NCBI GenBank assembly: GCA_000002435.2
Contig: CM018791.1
Reading direction: 5' to 3' (one strand)
Source: Giardia intestinalis
Taxonomy: Eukaryota
Length of the DNA stretch: 64,000 nt
How positions within the stretch are numbered: position 1 is the first letter of the stretch; each line of letters opens with the position of its first letter. Made by a program: the position numbers and the translations under genes. Shown piece after piece: positions 10,958 through 19,814 of the stretch. A model generated the notes under the pieces. The model was not told the DNA's origin. It did not search any database and was given only the letters and a program-made list of their open reading frames with translations.

Positions 10958-11983
10958 ATGAACGCGGTCCTGGCTCCACCCCTACCGGTCCAGACCGTCC
11001 AGGCAGATCTAACATTTAACCAACAGAACATCCAGCATAGAGACACCTCCTTCAGTATCAGCTCTGTTCAGGATCCATCCGATGCTCAGCACTTACAACA
11101 CAGAATAGTTAATCTGGACGAGGTCAGTCTTAGCGAGTGGCTAAATGGAAGCATAGCCTCTCCGAGCCCTCCCATTGTACTATCGCCGAAGCTTCCTCAC
11201 TTTCTGCCGGCAGGTGTTGGTACATCGACCAATCTGAGCTCTCTGGGCTCGGTACTGCAGGAGCTCAAACTAATCAATGAGCGATTTTGTGAGGAGGAGC
11301 TTGTGAGCATGTCCATACAGTTACTGGATGCACTTGCGGCCTCTGAACTGTATGGGAGGACGATCGGCAAAGAGCTTGCAGGTGGCTTTATAACGCTGGA
11401 TACGGTTATGATGGACGAGGGCCGAAGCAACTACTACCTCACTAGTTGCAGGTACGGAGTCGACAAGACTACTCACACGCTAATCCACGGACGCAACGGG
11501 GCATTAGAATCGCTCTACATTCCGCCGTGGGGAATCCCCAGCCAAGCAGAGCTTAGACAGGGAATGACCACACGGGGCTCCTTCGGGCGTGTTCCCTCTT
11601 CTATCTCCTTTTGGAGCCTGGCAATTTTGCTTTGCGAGTGTATCCTGCTCAGATCACTCCCAGTACACAGGGTCCCCCAGCAAATAGGGGCATACCGAAA
11701 AACCAGCCCTACTGGTATTGCCAACCTTATCGTAAAGCTAGCAGAGTCGAATGGATGTAGCAAGGACTTTGCTGAGTTTATGCGCAGCCTAATGATGGCC
11801 ATGCCTAGCAACATTATAGAAGTAGGGCCATATCTGCAATACCCAATCATCCAAAAGTATATATCTCAATGGAAAAAGGATGGGACACACACAAACATTA
11901 TCAGGAGATACGAAAGTTGGTATGCAAATGAAGAACTGAATGAGAGCAGCGTGAGCGGTGATTCCAAATCTCCCAGAAGTTGA
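10958..11983 (+). CDS. Hypothetical protein with a degenerate protein-kinase C-lobe-like segment (possible pseudokinase).
   Basis: 341-aa ORF with an ATG behind tgataaaATG. It contains SFWSLAILLCECILL, which resembles kinase subdomain IX (DxWSxGxxxxEL), and YIPPW, which resembles the APE region. No GxGxxG or HRD motif is present. Confidence 0.6.
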   Translation: MNAVLAPPLPVQTVQADLTFNQQNIQHRDTSFSISSVQDPSDAQHLQHRIVNLDEVSLSEWLNGSIASPSPPIVLSPKLPHFLPAGVGTSTNLSSLGSVLQELKLINERFCEEELVSMSIQLLDALAASELYGRTIGKELAGGFITLDTVMMDEGRSNYYLTSCRYGVDKTTHTLIHGRNGALESLYIPPWGIPSQAELRQGMTTRGSFGRVPSSISFWSLAILLCECILLRSLPVHRVPQQIGAYRKTSPTGIANLIVKLAESNGCSKDFAEFMRSLMMAMPSNIIEVGPYLQYPIIQKYISQWKKDGTHTNIIRRYESWYANEELNESSVSGDSKSPRS

Positions 11984-11989
11984 TACTGA

Positions 11990-12796
11990 CTATTTGTCAA
12001 TGGATTCACGAAGAAGAAAGTCCAGCGTAAAAGAGTTTCGACAAGTCGAGGGCCTCTCCGACACAGTTCCAACGGATGACCCTATAAGCGTAGAGTCTGT
12101 GCAGAGCGAAAAGTTTGTGGGATACGACCGGTTACTATCTAGCATTCTGAAGTCTCCACACTGTGAATAGTATACTTCGCGGTCCTTTGAGTAGGGTATT
12201 CCTTCCGGCACATAGTCTGCGCACACCATGAAGCACTCCATTGAAGACGCTCGGCTTGCGTCTGGCTTGGATATATCGACGGTCTTGAAAAATGACAGCG
12301 CATTCCTTCGCAACAGGGACTCCAGGCACTCTCCCCGAAACACTTTTGACACAAATGTTCCGCCGGGTGCAAGAATTTGCCGTGCAAGAGTCATTGCATG
12401 ATCCACAAGGCCAGCCTGCACATACTCATCCAGATCGTGGACACCAGTTACGTCCGGCGCCCCATCACAGACAACGAGCTGGCACATTTCGCCGTGACAA
12501 AGCTCTATTATCTTATCGGCCACCTCCTTTCGGGTGATGTCTCCTTGTATCTGAGTCACCCGGGGAAGAGGGGCCATTGGAGCCAAGTCGACCGAGATAA
12601 TAATGGCATCGGCGGGGAGCTTGTGTGACAAGACCTGCGACCAAGACCCCGGGGCAGCGCAAAGATCCACGGCACGCGTCACCCCACGAAAGAGGTCGTA
12701 CTGTTCATCCAGTTGTAAGAGCTTATAGGCGGACCGTGCACGCCAGCCCTCGTCCTTTGCAAGTCGGTAGTAGATATCGCGCTTATCCTTCGACAT
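11990..12796 (-). CDS. FTSJ1: FtsJ/RrmJ-type 2'-O-ribose RNA methyltransferase (TRM7/FTSJ1-like).
   Basis: N-terminus [36 protein letters not shown]...[13 protein letters not shown] matches the conserved TRM7/FTSJ1 N-terminus and the AdoMet motif I (DLCAAPGGWSQ). The size of 268 aa fits TRM7 rather than SPB1. Confidence 0.9.
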   Translation of the reverse strand: MSKDKRDIYYRLAKDEGWRARSAYKLLQLDEQYDLFRGVTRAVDLCAAPGSWSQVLSHKLPADAIIISVDLAPMAPLPRVTQIQGDITRKEVADKIIELCHGEMCQLVVCDGAPDVTGVHDLDEYVQAGLVDHAMTLARQILAPGGTFVSKVFRGECLESLLRRNALSFFKTVDISKPDASRASSMECFMVCADYVPEGIPYSKDREVYYSQCGDFRMLDSNRSYPTNFSLCTDSTLIGSSVGTVSERPSTCRNSFTLDFLLRESIDK

Positions 12797-12885
12797 TTCT
12801 TGTGCAGCCTTTGTGCCAAAAACTATTAAAATCTTTTGATAAAATCTCTTGACATCCTTTTCAATTAAATCGAAGGGTTAACAGA
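12797..12885. promoter_or_regulatory. Short AT-rich bidirectional promoter/initiator region between divergent FTSJ1 and NOP15-like genes.
   Basis: 89-bp spacer (ttaaaatcttttgataaaatctcttgacatccttttcaattaaatcg...) flanked by divergent ATGs. Giardia-type promoters are short AT-rich elements abutting the start codon. Confidence 0.5.
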
Positions 12886-13452
12886 ATGTCGGGCCGAAAG
12901 GGGGATGAGGGCGTGATTTACGTGGGCCATCTGCCCCACTGCTTCATGGAGCGGCCGATGAGATGCTTTTTCAGCCAGTTTGGCAAAGTCTTGCAGGTCC
13001 GTGTCTCCCGCAACAAGGAGCAGAAGTCGCGCGGGTATGGATATGTGAAGTTCGCTAGCCGCGCGGTGGCAAAGATTGCAGCAGAGACGATGAACAATTA
13101 CCTTATGTTTAATAAGATACTGAAGGTTAGCTACTTGGAGACGTGGAATGACAATTTATTCTGGCATGGGTGTGAATATGAACGTCAACCCACTCCCCAC
13201 CGGGCCATATACAGGGAAGAGTACAATGCGCCTAAGAACGAGGAAAAGTGGGAGGCAGAGATGGAGACGGTAAAGAGTGCTCGGTTGCGAACACTAGGTA
13301 AGCTAAAGGACCTAGGGTACGAGTACGAGATGCCCCCTCTGTTTTACCATGCACCAATGGACGGTAACGAGGCAGAAAACGCAGAGAATGCAGAGGGCAA
13401 CGAGACAGAGAGTAAACAACCGTATCTGTGTCCCAGTGTTATCACTTACTGA
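12886..13452 (+). CDS. NOP15: Nucleolar RRM protein, NOP15/NIFK-like (pre-60S biogenesis).
   Basis: VIYVGHLPHCFMERPMRCFFSQFGKVLQVRVSRNKEQKSRGYGYVKFASRAVAKIAAETMNNYLMFNKILKV closely parallels the single RRM of yeast Nop15 / human NIFK (VIYVGHLP...GYAFVEF...AETMNNYL). Confidence 0.85.
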   Translation: MSGRKGDEGVIYVGHLPHCFMERPMRCFFSQFGKVLQVRVSRNKEQKSRGYGYVKFASRAVAKIAAETMNNYLMFNKILKVSYLETWNDNLFWHGCEYERQPTPHRAIYREEYNAPKNEEKWEAEMETVKSARLRTLGKLKDLGYEYEMPPLFYHAPMDGNEAENAENAEGNETESKQPYLCPSVITY

Positions 13453-15107
13453 TCGTCGCTGTCCGTATCACCGACGTGCTTTTCTCTAACAGCATCCCGC
13501 GCATCAAAGGCCTTCTGCCTGATGCGGACGTTCCAGCCTAAGCACCGCACTAGCGCCCGAAACCAATCTGTGCTGCTATCCAGCTCATTGATAGTGGGGA
13601 AGCAATGCTCGGAGACCTGAATCCGAAGAAACTCGCCTCTCAGTAACTCTAGACGCATGCGATTGTCAAATGCAACGGCACAAGAACCGCGAGAGTCTCG
13701 TGGCTGCTTCAACTTCAGAACGCAGGATCCTGGTAAGCAAACCTGTCTTCCAGACATAACGTGTGGACAGATAAAGGTCAAGAGCATGCAGTTTAGGGTA
13801 GGGTGAACCGGGACACCTCCTGCACTCAGTGCATACGCCGTGGACCCACTCGGGGTGGACACCAATGCCCCGTCTCCTTGTATGGTTGTTACAAACCTAG
13901 AGTCCACGTAGGCGTCCAAAGTACAGATGGGGTCGGACACGTCTTTGGACTCTTGGCGCATAAGGGATATCTCGTTCAGGACTGTATAGGATCTCTTCTT
14001 CTGACTTGTCTGAGCATTGCGCATGGAATTTGAATGAGGAAGGGCCGGCACGTGTGAAGCCGGTTGCTGGGACGCGCTGCTGGGCGAAATAACAGCAGCA
14101 TAGAGACGCGTTCGCTCGGTGATAGAGAAAGGAGAGTCAAACAGGGAAGAGAGCTTCTTGTCGATATCCTTGGGCGAGAAGGGTGTCAGAAACCCCAGTG
14201 AACCACAGTTAAATGGCAGGATAGGTGGACAATAGCGCTGGAAAAGTGAGTTGATGTAAAGCAGGGTACCATCTCCGCCGATGGAAATCACAAGGTCTAT
14301 ACTAGACGTATTAATTTGGTCCGGGTCAAAGGCCGTAATACCAGTATAGCGCTGAGCAACAAGAGGGTCAACGTAAACCGCTATGGATTTGCGCGAAAAC
14401 CAAGCAAAGATGTGCTTCAGATGCCACTCAGACTCTATGTCATTGGGCTTTGTCACTAGAACGACCTTGCTCGGCGGAGACTCCCAGGTCCACAGGCCAT
14501 TAATATACTTGACGAGCTTTCCAATCCGCTTTGGGTGCTCTTGATATTTCGACAGATTCACGTTGGCCATCCGGCCAGTCAGTGCCTGATTCCCTAGCAT
14601 CTTGGTACCCAAAAGATTTGTTATGCTCGGAGGCATGTGTTGAGCAATGCTGTGCATTGAGCTCCTTGAAGAAATTGGTCTGGAGATGGTCCTGCTCACC
14701 TGGCTCATATTGCACTCAAAACTGAAGCTATCCGTACTCTCGCAGTTGGCTATTTCACTCGGTTCCTTTGAGTCGCTGTCACTAGAATCGGAAGTGAGGG
14801 ATTTGGACAGGTTCTGTTGACTATAAATGCTACATGCACTGAGCTGTCTATTGTGCTGGGATGCCTTTATGGGGACAAAGGTGGACGTTGTGGACATCTC
14901 ATCTGTGGCATCGCTTGTTGCCAGCTGCTGTTGTAAAAAGTCAAAGGGGGTGTCGGTAAAATCAGAAATAACAGGTTCAGCGACGACAGGTAAAGAAGAG
15001 CCAAGAGCCACCTCTTTCTGACGAATCAGTTCCAGAAGTTTCGGCAGAGGAAGCCTCTGTGCCTTCTCTAGATCGTCGCGGATAGCACTCAGCACAAGCT
15101 GGTCCAT
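13446..15107 (-). CDS. NADK: NAD+ kinase with a roughly 200-aa Ser-rich N-terminal extension.
   Basis: Motifs GGDGT (ISIGGDGTLL), NCGSLGFL (NxGxLGFL) and DGALVSTPSGSTAYALSAGGVPVHP are diagnostic of the NAD kinase family. The ATG sits at 15105-15107. Its stop overlaps the NOP15 stop by 7 nt (convergent). Confidence 0.9.
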   Translation of the reverse strand: MDQLVLSAIRDDLEKAQRLPLPKLLELIRQKEVALGSSLPVVAEPVISDFTDTPFDFLQQQLATSDATDEMSTTSTFVPIKASQHNRQLSACSIYSQQNLSKSLTSDSSDSDSKEPSEIANCESTDSFSFECNMSQVSRTISRPISSRSSMHSIAQHMPPSITNLLGTKMLGNQALTGRMANVNLSKYQEHPKRIGKLVKYINGLWTWESPPSKVVLVTKPNDIESEWHLKHIFAWFSRKSIAVYVDPLVAQRYTGITAFDPDQINTSSIDLVISIGGDGTLLYINSLFQRYCPPILPFNCGSLGFLTPFSPKDIDKKLSSLFDSPFSITERTRLYAAVISPSSASQQPASHVPALPHSNSMRNAQTSQKKRSYTVLNEISLMRQESKDVSDPICTLDAYVDSRFVTTIQGDGALVSTPSGSTAYALSAGGVPVHPTLNCMLLTFICPHVMSGRQVCLPGSCVLKLKQPRDSRGSCAVAFDNRMRLELLRGEFLRIQVSEHCFPTINELDSSTDWFRALVRCLGWNVRIRQKAFDARDAVREKHVGDTDSDDQ

Positions 15108-15114
15108 TAATTTT

Positions 15115-15648
15115 ATGTCATTTGAAGACCTTCGTGAGCTAGAGAATCCTTGGTTCTCCTATGCATATGTCGGGCACACGAAGTTCATCCGGCAGTTCTC
15201 TAGCTTTTACAGTGGGCGATATCTGGAAAAGTCCTTCCTAGGGCTCGAGGATTACATAGGCTTTACCGCCATGCATTTGGCCTGCCTTTCGGGAAGACTG
15301 AACGTTGTTCAGCTTCTTGTTGATAAAGAGCTGCCATTATATACGCATAGAGACGTGACTATCGAGCTCCTACCAGTGACAGACGACTCTTCTCCACCGG
15401 TGAGAACAACACTCTACAAGGGTGCCTCCGCCCTTGCTATAGCTGTCGCGCGCGGGCACCATCATATCGTAAAGTTCCTTCTGAGCTACACAGCCACAGA
15501 CTTCAACGTACTGGAATTATTGACAAGGTCCTTTACGTCAAAGGATCCCGCAAACATTCTTAACGCTACTCTGAGCCAGAACAAGGCCATTCTGGGGCCC
15601 CTTCTGGCTATGAACGACGTCGATAGCGGCTTAGAGCCAAGCTCATAA
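15115..15648 (+). CDS. Small ankyrin-repeat protein (Protein 21.1-like, 2 repeats).
   Basis: GFTAMHLACLSGRLNVVQLLV and GASALAIAVARGHHHIVKFLL are ankyrin repeat cores. The ATG lies 7 bp from the divergent NADK ATG. Confidence 0.6.
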   Translation: MSFEDLRELENPWFSYAYVGHTKFIRQFSSFYSGRYLEKSFLGLEDYIGFTAMHLACLSGRLNVVQLLVDKELPLYTHRDVTIELLPVTDDSSPPVRTTLYKGASALAIAVARGHHHIVKFLLSYTATDFNVLELLTRSFTSKDPANILNATLSQNKAILGPLLAMNDVDSGLEPSS

Positions 15649-15672
15649 AACATTCTAAACCTCAGTAAATAA

Positions 15673-16035
15673 ATGACGTTCAAGAGAATCCAACCTCAAG
15701 AGCTCGACGCCTTAACTTCTACAAGTAATAGATTTGTTGTTATAGATGTTCGGGACGATGACTATGACACGGGTGGGCACTACAAGGGGAGTGTTAACAT
15801 CCCCGTTGGAGATATTCTGGACGGAAGAAAAGACGTCATGGAGATGCTAGACCGCTATGATCTGATTGTCTGCTATTGCATGCTTTCACAGCAGCGCGGT
15901 CCTGCGGCTGCTCGTAGTCTGTGCTCCGCCTTTCCTCAGAAGAAGATATATGTTGTTACCGGGGGCTTCACGGCCATGCTCGAGTACTACGGGCCGCTGG
16001 GCCGGATTGTCGGATGTCCCGTAGAGAGTAAATAG
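15673..16035 (+). CDS. Rhodanese-fold CDC25/ACR2-like phosphatase (120 aa).
   Basis: VIDVRDDDYDTGGHYKGSVNIP plus a CX5R active-site loop CMLSQQRGP, which parallels the CDC25 CEFSSERGP / Acr2 signature. The ATG is preceded by cagtaaataaATG. Confidence 0.75.
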   Translation: MTFKRIQPQELDALTSTSNRFVVIDVRDDDYDTGGHYKGSVNIPVGDILDGRKDVMEMLDRYDLIVCYCMLSQQRGPAAARSLCSAFPQKKIYVVTGGFTAMLEYYGPLGRIVGCPVESK

Positions 16036-16066
16036 ATAACTGCGGGCTCTGCTGTGTCATTTACGT

Positions 16067-18400
16067 CTAACTACGGGGCGGAGGGTCTCTAAAAGACACT
16101 TGCCTGGTGCCCTGCCGCCGATACGGCCGTTCAGAGCGCCCAGACAGCGGAGTGCGTGCCCTAGAGCTTCCTAGCTGTGGGGTCTGACATTGACTGTACG
16201 CCCGATAAAGGTCAGCAAACTCTTCCTTGTACGATCTGAGTTCTGAAGCCGGCTTTAAGGAGCTTGTTCCCTGGCTGCTAGCCCATTGTGAATCGACTAT
16301 GCTCCTCCTTGTCAGGTCCATGGTTGAGGCATGAGCGCTCATTCCCAGCGACATGCCCATAGTACCTTCTTCGGTCGGTTGCCTTGTGGACAGAGATGCA
16401 CCTACAGCTCTTATTGGTATGACGGCGTCTGCCTTTTTATTTGCTGCTTCTGGGATTGCTGCTGAAGGGCCTGTCTCCTGACCTTTGATGTCTTCAAAGT
16501 AGTTGCTTGTAAGGAAGAGAATACTATTTAACTTGGAGTTGAATGCCTCCCATGTCTCCTGAGCCATTTTCTCGTCTGCTAGCGTTGCCATCGTGTACAG
16601 ATCTTCAACAGATCGCAGTGCAGCCACATTTATCACTTCCCTACATTCGTTAATAGATGTATTCATTCTAGAGATATGCGTTGTGAGAAGGCTTTCGTTT
16701 GTTCTCAAATTCTCGACTCGAAGAGACATCGACGATAACTTTAGAATGTCCAGTAACATCTCCTGAAGCGATGTATTAGGAATCTCTTTAATTTGTGCCT
16801 TCAGAGCATCAACATCGCGAAATCTGGACTTACATTGCAGATCTAGATGGGATAGCAAGTCGCGCAGCTTGTGTATTTTAGCGTTAAGGTCTGATATTTT
16901 AGTGTTGTACTTGAGTAATCGCCCAGCAGAGCCCGGGCCCTTCATTACCCCCTTTTCGCACTGGGCACGTTCCACCTTTGCTATAGCCAGTTGATACTTC
17001 ACATCGAACAGCCGTTGCTTATTTAGGTTGACCTCCTGGATAAGCTTATAGACCTCCGCGCCGAAATCCTTAATTAGTCCGTGGAGAGACACAGAATCCA
17101 GGACAGTCGACCCCAAAATTTCAGGCTCATCTTGGGGGAGCTGGTCTTGCTTACTATCGCTTCTGGATGGCAGCGTGGTCTGGTGAATCATAGCCTGTAG
17201 TGTTGCAACCTCTTTCTTCAGCCGTTCATTCTCTAGCGTTAGCATCGAAACCCGATTGGCCAGCTCTGCTTTAGAATACACTGCGGACTTTATGTGCCGC
17301 GTCGCGTTGACCTTTATGGCCTTGGCTCTGCTGGCATACATTAGGGTGGAATAGGTATCATCAAAGTGGTATGCGGCCGGTGATACGTTTGCAATCATAA
17401 TTGTCTTGCTAGCACCGCCCAAGGAGTCCTTCAAAATGCGTGTAAGCTTGGAATTTCTATATGGAATGTACGTCGTGGTTTGAAGTGCAGCTGCAATATT
17501 TGCGTTAGATCGCTTATTGCTTGCTTGCACGAGTGCATTGATACAGCTCCCCAGGACCAGAAGGCTCTTGTTGATATTGATGCCTTCAATGAGCCTCTCT
17601 CCTGTCGCTGAGGTCTTCTTCGCCCGCTCGGAGCCAGCCAGATCTATCAGAGAAAGCTTGCTGATAAGCTCCTGCTGTGTGTCCATGCTTTTCTGCTCTA
17701 TGCGAAGCTGTAGAATGGCGTGCGAGCGCGAGCTCGTTGCATTTTCCGCAGTAGCCGCCTGCGTGCGTGCATGGGATGCCTTGTGAATGATCTGCAGAAC
17801 ATGATCGGAGCTATCTGGCTGGTGTTCTGTTAGATCGACAATGATTGTCTCGCTGCCTCTGTCCTGGAGCGCAAGGGTTTTTGCCGGCGTAGTGCTCAGG
17901 AGGTCGCGAACGTTCTCATTATAGATCTCAAAGTATGAAAGATAAACCGAAACTTGCCAATTCTGCGCCCTGCGAACTGCGATTTCTTCGTAAAGGTCTC
18001 GAAGAGTATTTTGGATGACTCCTGGCCCAGATGCATCCGAGCCAGACATTGTGTGAGACTTTCCTGCACCGGTGGCTCCGTAAGCAAAAATGGAGCAGTT
18101 GTAGCCGTCGAGAGCTGGCCGAATGAGACGCCGGCCTGTGTCCTCGTATATCTGTCGATTTGTGGACTCTGTGCCGAACACGTGACTGTACGAAAACATT
18201 GTGTCACGGTATCTGTGGGCGCCAGGGTTGTGCGCCGCTGTGTGGCGGGGCTTTGGGTCGAAGACGAGCCGCTCGGCGTCGACGACAGAGACGACGTCGC
18301 GGGTGTCTGCCTGGGCCAGTTCCTTGCTGTTGAAGGGACGGACCCGCACGACGACGTAAAACGAGCCGAGAGGGAAAGAGTCCGCTTCGGGGTCATCCAT
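16067..18400 (-). CDS. Kinesin-like motor protein (N-terminal motor, C-terminal coiled-coil/tail).
   Basis: The motor is followed by predicted coiled coil. Motor motifs are FAYGATGAGKSHTM (P-loop), SSRSHA (switch I) and LIDLAGSER (switch II). The track start is GTG, so I used the first ATG (MDDPEADSFPLGSFYVVVRVRPFN) at 18400, which is preceded by caaaatcgaaaaatcgaatttctcc. Confidence 0.9.
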   Translation of the reverse strand: MDDPEADSFPLGSFYVVVRVRPFNSKELAQADTRDVVSVVDAERLVFDPKPRHTAAHNPGAHRYRDTMFSYSHVFGTESTNRQIYEDTGRRLIRPALDGYNCSIFAYGATGAGKSHTMSGSDASGPGVIQNTLRDLYEEIAVRRAQNWQVSVYLSYFEIYNENVRDLLSTTPAKTLALQDRGSETIIVDLTEHQPDSSDHVLQIIHKASHARTQAATAENATSSRSHAILQLRIEQKSMDTQQELISKLSLIDLAGSERAKKTSATGERLIEGININKSLLVLGSCINALVQASNKRSNANIAAALQTTTYIPYRNSKLTRILKDSLGGASKTIMIANVSPAAYHFDDTYSTLMYASRAKAIKVNATRHIKSAVYSKAELANRVSMLTLENERLKKEVATLQAMIHQTTLPSRSDSKQDQLPQDEPEILGSTVLDSVSLHGLIKDFGAEVYKLIQEVNLNKQRLFDVKYQLAIAKVERAQCEKGVMKGPGSAGRLLKYNTKISDLNAKIHKLRDLLSHLDLQCKSRFRDVDALKAQIKEIPNTSLQEMLLDILKLSSMSLRVENLRTNESLLTTHISRMNTSINECREVINVAALRSVEDLYTMATLADEKMAQETWEAFNSKLNSILFLTSNYFEDIKGQETGPSAAIPEAANKKADAVIPIRAVGASLSTRQPTEEGTMGMSLGMSAHASTMDLTRRSIVDSQWASSQGTSSLKPASELRSYKEEFADLYRAYSQCQTPQLGSSRARTPLSGRSERPYRRQGTRQVSFRDPPPRS

Positions 18401-18518
18401 GGAGAAATTCGATTTTTCGATTTTGCAGGCCCGGGCCAGACCGCCACTCCCCACCCCGCAAACAGCCCCTTTGCAAGAAGGGATGGGGAGCACGTCTGCT
18501 GCTGTTTCTCCCCAGCGC

Positions 18519-18590
18519 GCCGGGATAGCTCAGTGGTAGAGCGTGGCACTCGTAATGCTAAGGTCGTGGGTTCAACTCCCGCTCTCGGCT
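18519..18590 (+). tRNA. tRNA-Thr (anticodon CGU).
   Basis: Manual cloverleaf: acceptor GCCGGGA/TCTCGGC (one G-U); D arm GCTC-AGTGGTA-GAGC; anticodon arm TGGCA-CTCGTAA-TGCTA with CGT at 18551-18553; 5-nt variable loop; T arm GTGGG-TTCAACT-CCCGC; discriminator T. No encoded CCA. Confidence 0.9.
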
Positions 18591-18596
18591 TTTACT
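18590..18596 (-). promoter_or_regulatory. Putative polyadenylation signal (AGTAAAA, an AGTRAAY-like element) for the RFC gene, overlapping its TGA stop.
   Basis: The minus strand reads TGAGTAAAAG directly at the RFC stop codon. The element is antisense to the last base of the tRNA-Thr(CGU) gene. Confidence 0.45.
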
Positions 18597-19561
18597 CACC
18601 CGCCCGCAGCGTGCCGGCACAGCGCCGCCGAGAGTCCCGCGACCTGGCTCTCGAGCGTCGCCCCGAGCGCGAGCGCCTCCTCCACGAGCGCAAGGGCCCG
18701 CACCGCCTCGGCCTTCCGCCGCGGCTCCACTTCCGAGGCCATCAGGGCCCGGAACACACACTGGACCACGTCCTCGGCTGAGCATCCCGCAGCCAGACAA
18801 CCCTGGATCTGGCCATACTTCTCCACGTACGGCATCGGTCGCAAGAGTTCCCGTCCCAGGGCAGGATGCGGCTTCGCCACAAGCTTATAGACGTCATCCG
18901 CCGTGGCGAGCTCCTTCTCTGTCATGAGGTGGAGGCTCTGGAGGACGTTGATGGCCTGGCGCAGGTCCCCGTCGGTAACCGCATGTATAGCGGCAAGGGC
19001 CCCTGGGGCCATCTGCATCCCCTCTGCATCTGCAATCTTCTCAAGCATAAGGAGGCAGGATTCGCGGGGCACAGGAAGAAAGCGGAACGCACAGCACCGG
19101 CTCAAGATGGCGGGAAGAAGCTTCTCTGGATAGTTGCACAAGAGACAAAAGCGCGCGTGCTTGATAGAGGTTTCCATCAAGCGGCGCAACGAGGCCTGTG
19201 CGACGCTCGACATGTGATCGCACTCGTCCATGATCACGATTTTGAACTTAGTTGCAGACGAAGACTGCTGGCTCAGGACGCTCCCACTTGTCACAAAGCC
19301 CTTTACTGTCTGTCGGATCACATCAACGCCAGAGTCATCTGACGCGTTGAGCTCGAGGACATGAGTACTGACGGCGTCCCCGAAGAGCTCATTCATCAGA
19401 GCCTTAATAAGAGTGGTCTTCCCAGTCCCTGGCTTTCCATAAAAGATCATGTGCGGAAGACGGCCCTCGCGGATGAGCGCACGGATGGCGGCGATAATCA
19501 GCTCGTGCGACACAACGCCCTCCGTCGTGGAGGGTCGGTACTTCTCAACCCAAGGAATCAT
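18596..19561 (-). CDS. Replication factor C small (40-kDa class) subunit, AAA+ clamp loader.
   Basis: N-terminal box WVEKYRP; Walker A GKPGTGKTT; DExD IVIMDECDHM; sensor SRC motif (ILSRCCAFRF). The 321-aa size fits RFC2-5. ATG at 19559-19561 behind tttaaaacagtaa. Confidence 0.9.
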   Translation of the reverse strand: MIPWVEKYRPSTTEGVVSHELIIAAIRALIREGRLPHMIFYGKPGTGKTTLIKALMNELFGDAVSTHVLELNASDDSGVDVIRQTVKGFVTSGSVLSQQSSSATKFKIVIMDECDHMSSVAQASLRRLMETSIKHARFCLLCNYPEKLLPAILSRCCAFRFLPVPRESCLLMLEKIADAEGMQMAPGALAAIHAVTDGDLRQAINVLQSLHLMTEKELATADDVYKLVAKPHPALGRELLRPMPYVEKYGQIQGCLAAGCSAEDVVQCVFRALMASEVEPRRKAEAVRALALVEEALALGATLESQVAGLSAALCRHAAGG

Positions 19562-19814
19562 TTACTGTTTTAAAACCTAGCATGCAGCCGCCTGCTATAG
19601 CTGCAAGTAGCAATTGTCCGTTGTATGCTGGCGATAATACCCGAAGGGCCGCCTATTCTGTTCGCTAGAAGTTCTTCATTGCACCGTAAGCACAGGGTAT
19701 GTTGACAAATCTTTGAGCTAAAAGTAATCTTGAGGTACAGGAAAGAGCTTGAAGAAATACAGTTAGTAGATGTGGTAACCATTTCCTTTCTGGCTCTCCT
19801 TGTCTTCTAAATAT

